This document shows, piece by piece, positions 18,066 to 27,571 of a stretch of 64,000 nt of DNA. The stretch is taken from the IMG/VR virus record IMGVR_UViG_3300025646_000037, positions 1,199 through 65,198 of that record; one strand, written 5' to 3'. The notes below the pieces were generated by a model, which was given only the letters and a program-made list of their open reading frames with translations, made no database searches and was not told where the DNA came from. The position numbers and the translations under genes are program-made. The stretch comes from a virus (Duplodnaviria; Caudoviricetes). Position 1 is the stretch's first letter. Every line of letters starts with the position of its first letter.

Positions 18066-19073
18066 TTATGAATGAGCAGCTGATGCTTGAGCAAATGTTG
18101 GGTCGTCCCAAACATCTGTCAAGTAGGTTGTACTAGGTGGAGTAGATGTACGTACATTTCTCACTGTTCCGTCCATTTGGTCTAGTACATTATAATCACT
18201 TTTGTCAAACGTTTGATCACTTGAAGCATCTAGGAAACTGATCTTTAATGTAATAACTGTACCGTTGTCAGCATTAGAGCCTTGTACACCATTAGTCTTT
18301 GCCTCAATCTTAACATTGTTAGCACCACCTGAAATATATGGGCTACCACTTGTTGTTAAATCTCTCTGGAAGATTGTAACATAAGAGGTTGTTAAATCAT
18401 AGTAACCAGTCGTTGTTGCCAGTGTTGTCTGTGAACTTGTATGTGCTTCAGTAACTGTTATTGAGTTACTACCGCCTGTAACACTTGATCCAGAAGCTAA
18501 AAGATTAATGGTTCCGCACATTTGTGTTAATGCGTCCCATGATCTTGCTTTTGCATCACTGGTATAACTAACCATTTGCGGATCTACGCTAATGTATCCA
18601 CCACCGTTGAAGAAATATCTTGCACCATCTGCTGTTGCAAAAGTATAAGTGATTTCTTGTACAGCACTGGCTGTCCAGGTGCCTGTAGAATCACTGTTAC
18701 TGCCTGCTGATGTTGAACCGTTGCCTGCGGCGTTTAATCTATTTGAATACAAGCTGGCTATGTTACTTGATAATTGAGCGATAATCTCAATATCATTTCC
18801 TGCGCTAGGTGATGTCATAGCACCTAAGCTGGTTCCTTGGTGGGAACCCATTGTTGTTATTCTTGTTAGTAATGTTGACCATTGTGCGGCTGTAACATTA
18901 CTTCCAGCTGAAACTGCTGAAACTGTAGTACTTTGTCCATACCCAGAGTCACCATTACCTGTGCCCCAAATATTGTTAACATTTCCACTGTTTGTAGCAG
19001 AGCCAGCGGCGTTACCTGTAGCGAATACGTTATATTCGTCATCTAAGATACTGTCACCGGTTTGGTATGCCAT
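18066..19073 (-). CDS. Ser/Thr-rich putative virion protein (paralogue 1)
   Basis: S/T/G-rich; ARYFFNGGG and KARSWDALTQMCGT shared with 19091..20095 and the C-terminus of 27572..38524. Confidence 0.7.
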   Translation of the reverse strand: MAYQTGDSILDDEYNVFATGNAAGSATNSGNVNNIWGTGNGDSGYGQSTTVSAVSAGSNVTAAQWSTLLTRITTMGSHQGTSLGAMTSPSAGNDIEIIAQLSSNIASLYSNRLNAAGNGSTSAGSNSDSTGTWTASAVQEITYTFATADGARYFFNGGGYISVDPQMVSYTSDAKARSWDALTQMCGTINLLASGSSVTGGSNSITVTEAHTSSQTTLATTTGYYDLTTSYVTIFQRDLTTSGSPYISGGANNVKIEAKTNGVQGSNADNGTVITLKISFLDASSDQTFDKSDYNVLDQMDGTVRNVRTSTPPSTTYLTDVWDDPTFAQASAAHS

Positions 19074-19090
19074 TGTTGTTTACTCCTAAT

Positions 19091-20095
19091 TTAGGTATGT
19101 GTACTACTATTTAGCGCAACTGTAGGATTCGACCATGATTGAGTAAGATATGAAGTACTGGGTGGTGTGTATATTGAAACGTTTCTTACAGTGCCATCCA
19201 TCTCATCCAGAACGTTATAATCTACTTTATCATAGCTATCATCAGTGCTTGCGTCGTTAAACTGTACTTCTAGTGTAATTATAGTGCCTGCATCACTATA
19301 ACTTCCTTGAGTGCCATTACTCTTGGCATAAATCTTTACATTATTTGCGGCGCCCGCAATGTAAGGACTCCCAGCTGTTGTTAATGACTTTTCATATATA
19401 AGTTGATTACTTGTGGTTAAATCATAATAACCTATTGTTGTACTTACAGAAGCAGAACTTGCAGTGTGAGCTTCTGTCACTGTTATAGAATTAGTTTCTC
19501 CTGACACGCTGGAACCTTGGGCACCTAAAGATACTGTGCCACACATCTGTGTTAGAGCATCCCAGCTACGTGCTTTTGCGTCGTCCGTGTAACCTGTAAC
19601 GCTAGGATCAATAGATATTGTTCCACCGCAGTTAAAAAAGTATCGTGCTTCGTCAGGATCGGTGAACGTAAACGTTATTAGTTGTGTTGCACTAGTTGTC
19701 CAACTACCTGTTGAATCAATGTTAGCACTTACGGGCGTTCCTACACTACCTGCGTTTAGTCTATTTGTATGTATAGTTGTTAAATTACCTGCAATGGTTC
19801 CAATAATTGTAATAATATCTGTGGAACTAGGGGTTGTCATTGCAGATATAGAACTGCTCTGATGATTTGCCGAACTAGTAATTCGTGCTAATAGTGTTGC
19901 CCATTGCGTTGCAGTTACTGTTGTGCCTGCTGTTACAGAACTAAGGGTAGTAGATTGTCCGTACCCTCTATCTGCTTGTCCTGTGCCCCATACATTGTTT
20001 AAGTTGGCGCTATCTGTAGATCCGCCACCGGCTAGACCAGTTACAAATACATTATACTCGTCATCTAAGATTATGTCGCCTGTTGCGTATGCCAT
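19091..20095 (-). CDS. Ser/Thr-rich putative virion protein (paralogue 2)
   Basis: Colinear paralogue of 18066..19073. Confidence 0.7.
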   Translation of the reverse strand: MAYATGDIILDDEYNVFVTGLAGGGSTDSANLNNVWGTGQADRGYGQSTTLSSVTAGTTVTATQWATLLARITSSANHQSSSISAMTTPSSTDIITIIGTIAGNLTTIHTNRLNAGSVGTPVSANIDSTGSWTTSATQLITFTFTDPDEARYFFNCGGTISIDPSVTGYTDDAKARSWDALTQMCGTVSLGAQGSSVSGETNSITVTEAHTASSASVSTTIGYYDLTTSNQLIYEKSLTTAGSPYIAGAANNVKIYAKSNGTQGSYSDAGTIITLEVQFNDASTDDSYDKVDYNVLDEMDGTVRNVSIYTPPSTSYLTQSWSNPTVALNSSTHT

Positions 20096-20104
20096 TCTAC
20101 TTCC

Positions 20105-21592
20105 TTATGAATTGAGTTGTACCACAGCCTCTACTGTACCTACGCCATCATCAAATTTACTTGTTAAAGCTCTTCCAATAACGTTGAAAGGTGTGATCTC
20201 TGAACGGGAGCCTGCTCTTGCAAGTCCATTTCCTGCAGAAATAAGTCTATCCCCTTTATTTACCTTACCAACAACTTGTACAGGCACTCTGCCTTGTAGA
20301 GCTACGCCAGGGTGCGTTTCGTCTGTACCTGCGCCAGCGTTCATTAAGTGTGCTGGTTGGTCACTGATAACACCAAATACATCTTCTGATGCATCTTCAA
20401 CAACTTTAGTAATCTCGTTAGCACCACCTAGTGCAACAACTGTACCAGGAGTGTATACGTCATCAGCATGGAATCTCTCTGCCACGTCAGCGTATTGTGC
20501 TTGTGTTGATGTTCCACTAAATGTTGTTGCGTAAATTGTAGCAAACTTTGTAAGGGCGGCACCTAAGTTACGTGTACCATTACCGTCTGGTAAAATGTTA
20601 CCATTGATTGTATTTGAACCATCTCTTGCTAATGCATTACCTGTTAATACTAGGTTATCTACGTAACTCTTTGTTGCAACGCCTAGGGCTACTGTTGGGT
20701 CACTAGCAACCAACAATGTAGATGTAGCACCGTCAACTGTAAGTGCTGTCGTTACAGAACCACCGTCGTTCACTTTAATGTAGATATCACCGTCATTAGT
20801 TTGGTTTTGTAATATGACGTCACTACCACTAACACTTGCTTTAAAGTCACTGTCTGCACCTACAACAAAACCTGTGTCATTCAATACGCCTAATGTGCCA
20901 GATGTAGTATCGTTCGCATCACTTCTTAGAAACTGTGTTGAATCTAAACTATCTAATAAGTCTGCGTTACTTGCTGTACCAGTAAACTGAATACCAGCAA
21001 TAGTACCTGTGCTTGCAAGATTAACACCTGGCTTAATGGTAGAAAATCCGCTCATTGACACGGCTGGAGTAAATGTGCTGTCTTTACTGATCACGCTGAC
21101 TCTTGTATTGTTAACGTAGTTACTAATAATCACGTGATCAACACCACCTGGAGTATCTGTTACAGTTTCAACAATCGCGCCTGAAGTACCTGAACCTGCT
21201 GTAGCAGGTGGGCCAACCAGAATAAAAGAACTACCATCGTATGCCTTTAACTGTTTGTCATCACTATCCCACCATAAGTCCCCAGTAACATTGTTACTTG
21301 GTGTACCTGTGGAACTTGTAAGTGCAGACAACCTCTTAAATCCAACAGCACCACTTACATAAACTTTAAGTTGACTGTTTGATGAATCAAACCAAAGTTG
21401 TCCAGTTATAGGACTTCCTGGTTGTGTTGTGTTTGCAAAGTTTTCTAATAACTTTACATAGTTTTCATTCTGTAATTCACCGTAACCTGCATAGTTTTTA
21501 CCTATGAGAGTTAGGTCTGAAGTGGTGTCGATTGTACCGTCTGCGATTGTTGTTAATATCGCACCACTTGTCTTGTTAATAGTATAAGCCAT
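20105..21592 (-). CDS. Tail fibre protein with C-terminal intramolecular-chaperone (peptidase G2-like) domain
   Basis: N-terminal LIGKNYxxYGE..NEN..LLENF anchor; C-terminal YADVAERF...GVIS..PAHLMN...VALQGRVPV. Confidence 0.7.
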   Translation of the reverse strand: MAYTINKTSGAILTTIADGTIDTTSDLTLIGKNYAGYGELQNENYVKLLENFANTTQPGSPITGQLWFDSSNSQLKVYVSGAVGFKRLSALTSSTGTPSNNVTGDLWWDSDDKQLKAYDGSSFILVGPPATAGSGTSGAIVETVTDTPGGVDHVIISNYVNNTRVSVISKDSTFTPAVSMSGFSTIKPGVNLASTGTIAGIQFTGTASNADLLDSLDSTQFLRSDANDTTSGTLGVLNDTGFVVGADSDFKASVSGSDVILQNQTNDGDIYIKVNDGGSVTTALTVDGATSTLLVASDPTVALGVATKSYVDNLVLTGNALARDGSNTINGNILPDGNGTRNLGAALTKFATIYATTFSGTSTQAQYADVAERFHADDVYTPGTVVALGGANEITKVVEDASEDVFGVISDQPAHLMNAGAGTDETHPGVALQGRVPVQVVGKVNKGDRLISAGNGLARAGSRSEITPFNVIGRALTSKFDDGVGTVEAVVQLNS

Positions 21593-21616
21593 TTGTAATT
21601 TACTCCATTTATTCTA

Positions 21617-21624
21617 TATTTATA
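21617..21624 (-). promoter_or_regulatory. T4-type late promoter
   Basis: Perfect TATAAATA on the minus strand upstream of the ATG at 21592. Confidence 0.75.
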
Positions 21625-21643
21625 CTAATTTAAAATGCATTTA

Positions 21644-22141
21644 TCAGTTTATTGTTCCTGTTATAGTAAAACTATATACTGCCGCTCCACCGTACCAATC
21701 TGTAGGATGCATACGAGTAGGACCAAACTTTTTGTTAACCGGCTGTACAATACGTAACGATCCACTGCCGCAACGTCCTGACATTGTTACTGTTAAATCC
21801 ATATTACCTTGTCCTGCCACATCGAAAGAATACCTTAAAATATTACCCTGCTGGTATCCGCCACAGTCAGCTCTCCCAGTGTGTATTGCGTTGCTAGGTT
21901 CTCTACTCTGCACGTAAAGTTTGCCTGCACCATCATAATAAATTGTACACCAGTGGTCGATACATTGTGCAAAAGAAGTGGATACCTCTATAGGTGCCCA
22001 AATAGTTTTCCATACACCATTTACTTTTGTGTAGGCTTTAATTATCTCTTTCCATGCTCCAGACGCTTTTACATAAGCGGCTTTGACCTGCTTTTGTTGT
22101 CCTGCAACTTTTACGTATGCTGGTCTTAATTCAACTGCCAT
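21644..22141 (-). CDS. Small fibre-associated / putative receptor-binding protein
   Basis: Three N-terminal AY(V/T)KxxG repeats, two ending GxWK; coupled to the upstream fibre gene by a TAATG overlap. Confidence 0.55.
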   Translation of the reverse strand: MAVELRPAYVKVAGQQKQVKAAYVKASGAWKEIIKAYTKVNGVWKTIWAPIEVSTSFAQCIDHWCTIYYDGAGKLYVQSREPSNAIHTGRADCGGYQQGNILRYSFDVAGQGNMDLTVTMSGRCGSGSLRIVQPVNKKFGPTRMHPTDWYGGAAVYSFTITGTIN

Positions 22142-23853
22142 TATGCTTCTCTAACAAACCAAATATCACCATCTTGTCCGTCACTTGATGTAGGACTTGA
22201 TGTACTAACAAACTTATTAGCACCTTGCCATTTCGCTGTGTCGTTTGCGTATGCCTTTGTAGCATAATTTGTTAGGCTACTTGAAATAGCTGAATCTGCG
22301 TATCCTTTAGTAGCGGCGTGATTAGTTGCTGTGGGCACACCAACTAGTGTTAAGTAACCAGTCATTGTGTCGCCTGCTATATTAACAGCACCTAAATTTG
22401 TTCTTGCACCAGCGGCTGTGCTTGCACCTGTACCACCTTCTGTTACTGCTAGGTCACTAGTTAAAGTTAATGAATCTATAGTTGCTGAACCACTAACAGT
22501 TAGACCTGTGAGGGAGCCAACACTTGTAATATTTGTTTGGGCCGCTGTACCAATAGTACCACTAATAACCCCACTGGCAACATTAATTCCGTTATTGAAT
22601 GTGGCTGATCCTGATACTTGTAATCCTGATAACACACCAAGTTGATTAATGTTTGTTTGTGTAGGTGAAGTTAAAGTACCACTGATTGACGTAGCATTAA
22701 GTGTTGTAACACTTGCTGTACCGTTAACTGTTAGAGCAGTAAGTGTGCCTAAACTAGTTACATTAGGTTGTGCCGCAGTACTAAGTTCGCCAGCTAATGT
22801 GTTTGCTGTAACGACTGTACCTGAAGTAATACCTCCTGCAACGTTTAAACTACTAAGTGTTCCTACGCTAGTGACATTAGGTTGTGCCGCAGTTTGAAGT
22901 GTTCCAGTTATTGTATTTGCAGTTAATGTATCTGAAACAGTTAAGTCATCAGATACATTAATAGTTCCCACAGTAAGTGTGTTTGCAATAGTAACATTAC
23001 CAGAACTACCATCTAATGTTAATATTGTGTTAACTGTAGAACTGTCTTTTGCTTTAAAAATTATATCTTTATTAACACTACTATTAGTAATTACTAAATC
23101 TTCGCTCTGTATGTCTAATGTTGTAAGTCCATTACTTCCTAATGTTATACCTGCATCATTAGCAATCCTAAGTTCGCCAGATGCAGTATTAGCTAGATCC
23201 AGACGCATGAATTGTGTACTGTCTAAACTGTCAACCTCGTCTGCATTAGTGGCTGTGCCTTGGAACTTCATTGAACTAAAACTAGAACTAAAGGTTAAAC
23301 CAGCTTTGATTTGTGTAAAGCCAGTTATAGCCACTGCTGGTGTAAATGTTGAACTAGATAGATAGGCTATTGTAGTGCCAGACTTTTTAAATGCTAGTAC
23401 CACATTCTGAAGACCAGTGTCATCTGTTACTGTTTCTATAACGGTACCACTTAACCCTTGTGACGCCGACCACAACGGACCAATTAAATTATATGTCAAT
23501 CCGTTACCAACATACACTTGTTGATTAGTACTATCGTACCATAAATCACCTGCTGTTTTATCTGTAGGTTCTGTAGTTGCTACCCGTAGAACAGCGATTG
23601 CTTTAAAAATGCTACCATTGTAAACAGTTATTCTTTGTAGTCCTGCATCATACCAAATCTGACCTTCTAAAGGCTTAGGTGGTGCTGAACTACCTTTAAA
23701 ATTTTCTAATAACGAAATTAAATTTTCGTTAAAGACTTCACCAAAGTTACTATAGTTTTTTCCTATTAGTTTTAGATCTGTGGTCTCATCTAAAGTTCCG
23801 TCTTCAACAACTGTTAAAATGGAACCGTCTGTTTTGTTAATGGTATAACTCAT
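22141..23853 (-). CDS. Tail fibre protein
   Basis: Same N-terminal anchor domain as 20105..21592; four TAAQPNVTSVGTL-like repeats; AATKGYAD; C-terminal GDIWF. Confidence 0.7.
   Translation of the reverse strand: MSYTINKTDGSILTVVEDGTLDETTDLKLIGKNYSNFGEVFNENLISLLENFKGSSAPPKPLEGQIWYDAGLQRITVYNGSIFKAIAVLRVATTEPTDKTAGDLWYDSTNQQVYVGNGLTYNLIGPLWSASQGLSGTVIETVTDDTGLQNVVLAFKKSGTTIAYLSSSTFTPAVAITGFTQIKAGLTFSSSFSSMKFQGTATNADEVDSLDSTQFMRLDLANTASGELRIANDAGITLGSNGLTTLDIQSEDLVITNSSVNKDIIFKAKDSSTVNTILTLDGSSGNVTIANTLTVGTINVSDDLTVSDTLTANTITGTLQTAAQPNVTSVGTLSSLNVAGGITSGTVVTANTLAGELSTAAQPNVTSLGTLTALTVNGTASVTTLNATSISGTLTSPTQTNINQLGVLSGLQVSGSATFNNGINVASGVISGTIGTAAQTNITSVGSLTGLTVSGSATIDSLTLTSDLAVTEGGTGASTAAGARTNLGAVNIAGDTMTGYLTLVGVPTATNHAATKGYADSAISSSLTNYATKAYANDTAKWQGANKFVSTSSPTSSDGQDGDIWFVREA
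22760..22893. repeat. Intragenic direct repeat in the fibre gene
   Basis: ACATTAGGTTGTGCCGCAGT at 22760-22779 and 22874-22893, 114 nt (38 codons) apart. Confidence 0.85.
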
Positions 23854-24509
23854 TATGCAACACCTGTTAAGTTAGTTAAACTTTGGATCCTAACTGTGTA
23901 ATCGATCTGAATAAGTCTGTTTAATGACTTTTGTACTGGATGGAAAATAACATGTGTTAGTAAGTTTCCGGTAGCAACTGTGCCTGTCCAACTTTTTAAA
24001 CCTAACTCGTCAAATACATAATCTTCATCTAAGTTAGATGTGTTATCAAATGCGCTTTGTCCACTTGGTTCACCGTAATCTAATAAGCAAGTCACTAAAA
24101 TATCTGTGTAGTTGTTGCCTGTAGTGTGTCTAACCTCTATTTTATTTCTAGTTGGATCAGTATTCAAACTAGAAACATTATCAACAACTTTGTAATAAGT
24201 TTGGTTATATAAATCAGCATTAGTACCAGTATTATTTGCTGGCAAATATGTAATTACACCTGTAGGATCAACACTTGTACCACCATTACCAAAGTGCATT
24301 TCATGAATAAAACCTGTAGATTTGTTAGCTAGACTAAGCGCCAATGCCTCACTCATGTTTTCATAGTGAATAGCGTTTCGCTTATCTACATAAACCTCTC
24401 CAGTCTCTGGATCATGTATCTTTATGTGCCCTTGTACATGCACACCGTTATCCTCGTTGGGTGTTTTTTCTTGTTCTGTAGTCATATTTTCCTGCTTATC
24501 TTCTTCCAT
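23853..24509 (-). CDS. Putative baseplate/virion structural protein
   Basis: Position in structural operon; FDELGL and THVIFHPVQKSLNR..I.YTVRIQ motifs. Confidence 0.6.
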   Translation of the reverse strand: MEEDKQENMTTEQEKTPNEDNGVHVQGHIKIHDPETGEVYVDKRNAIHYENMSEALALSLANKSTGFIHEMHFGNGGTSVDPTGVITYLPANNTGTNADLYNQTYYKVVDNVSSLNTDPTRNKIEVRHTTGNNYTDILVTCLLDYGEPSGQSAFDNTSNLDEDYVFDELGLKSWTGTVATGNLLTHVIFHPVQKSLNRLIQIDYTVRIQSLTNLTGVA

Positions 24510-24517
24510 TGTAGTAT

Positions 24518-27500
24518 TTATCCTTGGTAATATGCTGTTTTCTCTCTTAGGAATTTTGCTTGTGTTGTAGTTGATGTTCCCAAACTTCCTCCCGTTTGTG
24601 TCTTAACTACTAATGTACTGCCGTCCGGTCCTACTTGTCCGCCTGATTCTATATTGTACCAGGTCTTTGTAGTTGTAGGAACGTCTTGTTGTGAACTTGC
24701 ATCTTGTACCCTACTTCCTGCAAGGTATAAGTTTTTAGCACCTGTACCGTAGGTACCTCTGCGTAATTGAGTAAGTTTGTTGTTGACCCTATCAATAGCA
24801 TAGTAAGTTATTCTTTCTCCGTCAATATAAACAACTCCAGGATCATTAGCTGTAATACCTGGATCAGGTAATAGGCTTGCATCAGTAACATACATAGCTG
24901 TATCAGTTATTGCTAAAGCTCTGCTTAACGTTGTAGTTTCTTGGTCGCTAATTCGTTTATAAATCTTGTTTCCTAAAATATCTTGCCCTATTCTAAATGC
25001 AAATGCATCAGGTCTAACATTCTCGGTAAACGATGTAATTATAATAATGTCATCACTATCTACATTTAGGTGTTCGCCTAGTAATATCTGTGTTGTTGAT
25101 GATAATGTATAGTCTGTGTTAGGATGTAACCTTACACCATTCTTAGTTACCCATAAGAATACACCATTACTAATTGTTCTACTAAGTGTGTATTCAGGTG
25201 TTGTTACAACTAAAGAAGTTTCTCCATCAAATGTATCAGCATCATACCCTAATTCATCATATCCTGTAGTAATTGTAGTTGTTCCAGTAGTTGTTCCTAC
25301 AAAGACTTGTGTTCTTAGTCTTAACACGTCGTGGTTACTAAAAGTATGTATGACAATTATATCACCACTGTTTAGTGTTAGACTTCCACTAAGTAGTATC
25401 TCACTACTATTGTTAATTCTAAATTCCTGACCAGTTAATAACGAAACTACAACTTTATCTCCAGTGGTGGGTGCTGTAACAAATGTTATATAGCGCAAAC
25501 TACTACCATCACTGGGTGCTAGAGTGTAATCAACGTTTTGTACAAGTCGTGTGCCGTTATTATACACTTCAATATCATTGTCTGCAACTAAGTCTGGGTC
25601 CACTGTATTATCAGTGTCACTAACTGTATACACAGTGGTTGATCCATCACCTGTGTAGTATGCATTATTAGCAGGACGCAAACGTTCACCATTAAGTTCC
25701 ACAATAAACATTGCACTATAAGGACCTTCATACTTTAGTTCTTTATCTAAAGTGATTGTGTAATCATCTGGGTATGTCCCGCCAGAAAGTGTAGTGTACT
25801 GAGTATGTGCATACATATAATCTTGTACGCCTGTAGCACTATTATGTATGTGTACATCGACATGGGCACCATCACTTGGTGCGCTTGCCAGTCTTATAAT
25901 AGTTTCGCCTGGATCACTATCAACTATTGTGTGTGCTGTTTCTACATTGTCTACTAACACAAGTGCATCTTTTGCTAAGGTAAAATCTACATTAGCAACA
26001 AAGTCCACAGTACTACCGTCACCTGTATACTCGCTGTTAAATACCTCGTTGTTACCAACATTATCCATTACATATATAAAAATGGTATCACCTAGACTTG
26101 GTACTGTTTCTAGTGTAATTGTCTTGTTAACATAGTCAGTGGAGTAATGTTGTGGATTATGTAAATCTCCCTGGTTTCTTGTATAAACAAAAAGTTGATG
26201 ACCTCTTAACGCAGGTGCCCAACTAAATGTTGCCGTCGTGCCATCTCCGGTGTAGCTGATAAGATGTATAGGACTTCCGCTACCGTCTGCTTCTATATCG
26301 TTGCCTGCTGTCTGATATACTTTAATGTCTAAGGTATCAAATACTCTACCAGGTAATAATTCTTGTGGTGCAAAAGAACTATACTCGTCTACAAAACTTG
26401 CACCGTCAATATTAATGTCCTCTGCTTTCATGCCTAATGTCATTGAAGACCCATCTGCATCAACAAAGGTACTACTTATAAAGGTATCGTAATAATCCTC
26501 ACTAGCGTCAATACTACTTGCATCAGAGTAGGTAGTATTAAGGTCTTGAACTAGAACACCTTTGTATTCTAATCCATCAACTAACTGCTTTAAGTCTCTT
26601 CCTAACATACCACTTGTAGGGTTGTATAGTGCCATAATTCTATCATTGGCATTATCAAATTCACTACCACCTAGCTCAGTCAGGTTAGTAAGGCTAAATG
26701 TTGATCCACTTGTAAATGATGCAGTTGCTTTGTATGCTTTGCCTAAATATCTAATGTAATCATTTTCTGTATAGGCAGTGCTTGCGGCCCATTCTTTAAT
26801 ATTATGTCCGTAAGTAATACGGTCAAACTTAATTGTATTGCTGAAAGTTCTTACAATCGTATCATTACCTAATTGCGGATATGCTTTAGCAGTAGTGCCT
26901 CCTACTGGAGCAGATCCTATTGTGACTGTTGGAGTGCTTGTGTAACCTTCACCTTTATTAATTACATTTATAGCAATGACCACACCATTGTTAATCCTAG
27001 CCTGCGCAGTTGCGCCAGAACCACCACCACCTGTTATAGTTACTTTAGGAGTCTCTGTATAACCAGAGCCACCTTCATATAAATTTATACTCTGTACTTT
27101 GTACTTGTAATTATTATTCCAATCTACGTACTGTGGCTGTGAGGACAATAGTGCGGCGTCTGAGGCAAATTCACCACTTGGGCTTCTGTATCTTCTTACT
27201 CCTGTATCATAATAGGCTGGTAAATCAAAGTCAGAATTCCCTATAAAATTATCCTCTGTTTTAGTATAATCTAATATATACTCTCGTATTTTACTATGAT
27301 AAGGCTTAACCTCATTAATATAATCCTGTAAGTAAGTTTGATTATCTTTCTGATAACTAGGGTTTTCGGCCAATTCTCTTAGTTTATGTTCTATAGTAAG
27401 TAGAGAAGTCTTAAAGGCATAATCAACTGTAGTTTGTTCTGACAATATGTGTCGTATTAGTACAAAAAACATATTTCTATATTCTACAGATAGGTCGTCC

Positions 27501-27562
27501 ACAAAAATGTCATCTTTGAGAGACTCTAATATGTTCCTTATTTCTGTAGCGTTAAGTGCCAT
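24518..27562 (-). CDS. Baseplate-associated structural protein (probable C-terminal part of the giant baseplate protein)
   Basis: YINEVKPYH.KIRE motif, GGSGYT..P.VTI repeat, repeated YTGDG(S/T)T Ig-like modules, C-terminal LRRGTYGT. Confidence 0.7.
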   Translation of the reverse strand: MALNATEIRNILESLKDDIFVDDLSVEYRNMFFVLIRHILSEQTTVDYAFKTSLLTIEHKLRELAENPSYQKDNQTYLQDYINEVKPYHSKIREYILDYTKTEDNFIGNSDFDLPAYYDTGVRRYRSPSGEFASDAALLSSQPQYVDWNNNYKYKVQSINLYEGGSGYTETPKVTITGGGGSGATAQARINNGVVIAINVINKGEGYTSTPTVTIGSAPVGGTTAKAYPQLGNDTIVRTFSNTIKFDRITYGHNIKEWAASTAYTENDYIRYLGKAYKATASFTSGSTFSLTNLTELGGSEFDNANDRIMALYNPTSGMLGRDLKQLVDGLEYKGVLVQDLNTTYSDASSIDASEDYYDTFISSTFVDADGSSMTLGMKAEDINIDGASFVDEYSSFAPQELLPGRVFDTLDIKVYQTAGNDIEADGSGSPIHLISYTGDGTTATFSWAPALRGHQLFVYTRNQGDLHNPQHYSTDYVNKTITLETVPSLGDTIFIYVMDNVGNNEVFNSEYTGDGSTVDFVANVDFTLAKDALVLVDNVETAHTIVDSDPGETIIRLASAPSDGAHVDVHIHNSATGVQDYMYAHTQYTTLSGGTYPDDYTITLDKELKYEGPYSAMFIVELNGERLRPANNAYYTGDGSTTVYTVSDTDNTVDPDLVADNDIEVYNNGTRLVQNVDYTLAPSDGSSLRYITFVTAPTTGDKVVVSLLTGQEFRINNSSEILLSGSLTLNSGDIIVIHTFSNHDVLRLRTQVFVGTTTGTTTITTGYDELGYDADTFDGETSLVVTTPEYTLSRTISNGVFLWVTKNGVRLHPNTDYTLSSTTQILLGEHLNVDSDDIIIITSFTENVRPDAFAFRIGQDILGNKIYKRISDQETTTLSRALAITDTAMYVTDASLLPDPGITANDPGVVYIDGERITYYAIDRVNNKLTQLRRGTYGTGAKNLYLAGSRVQDASSQQDVPTTTKTWYNIESGGQVGPDGSTLVVKTQTGGSLGTSTTTQAKFLREKTAYYQG

Positions 27563-27571
27563 CTAACTTCC

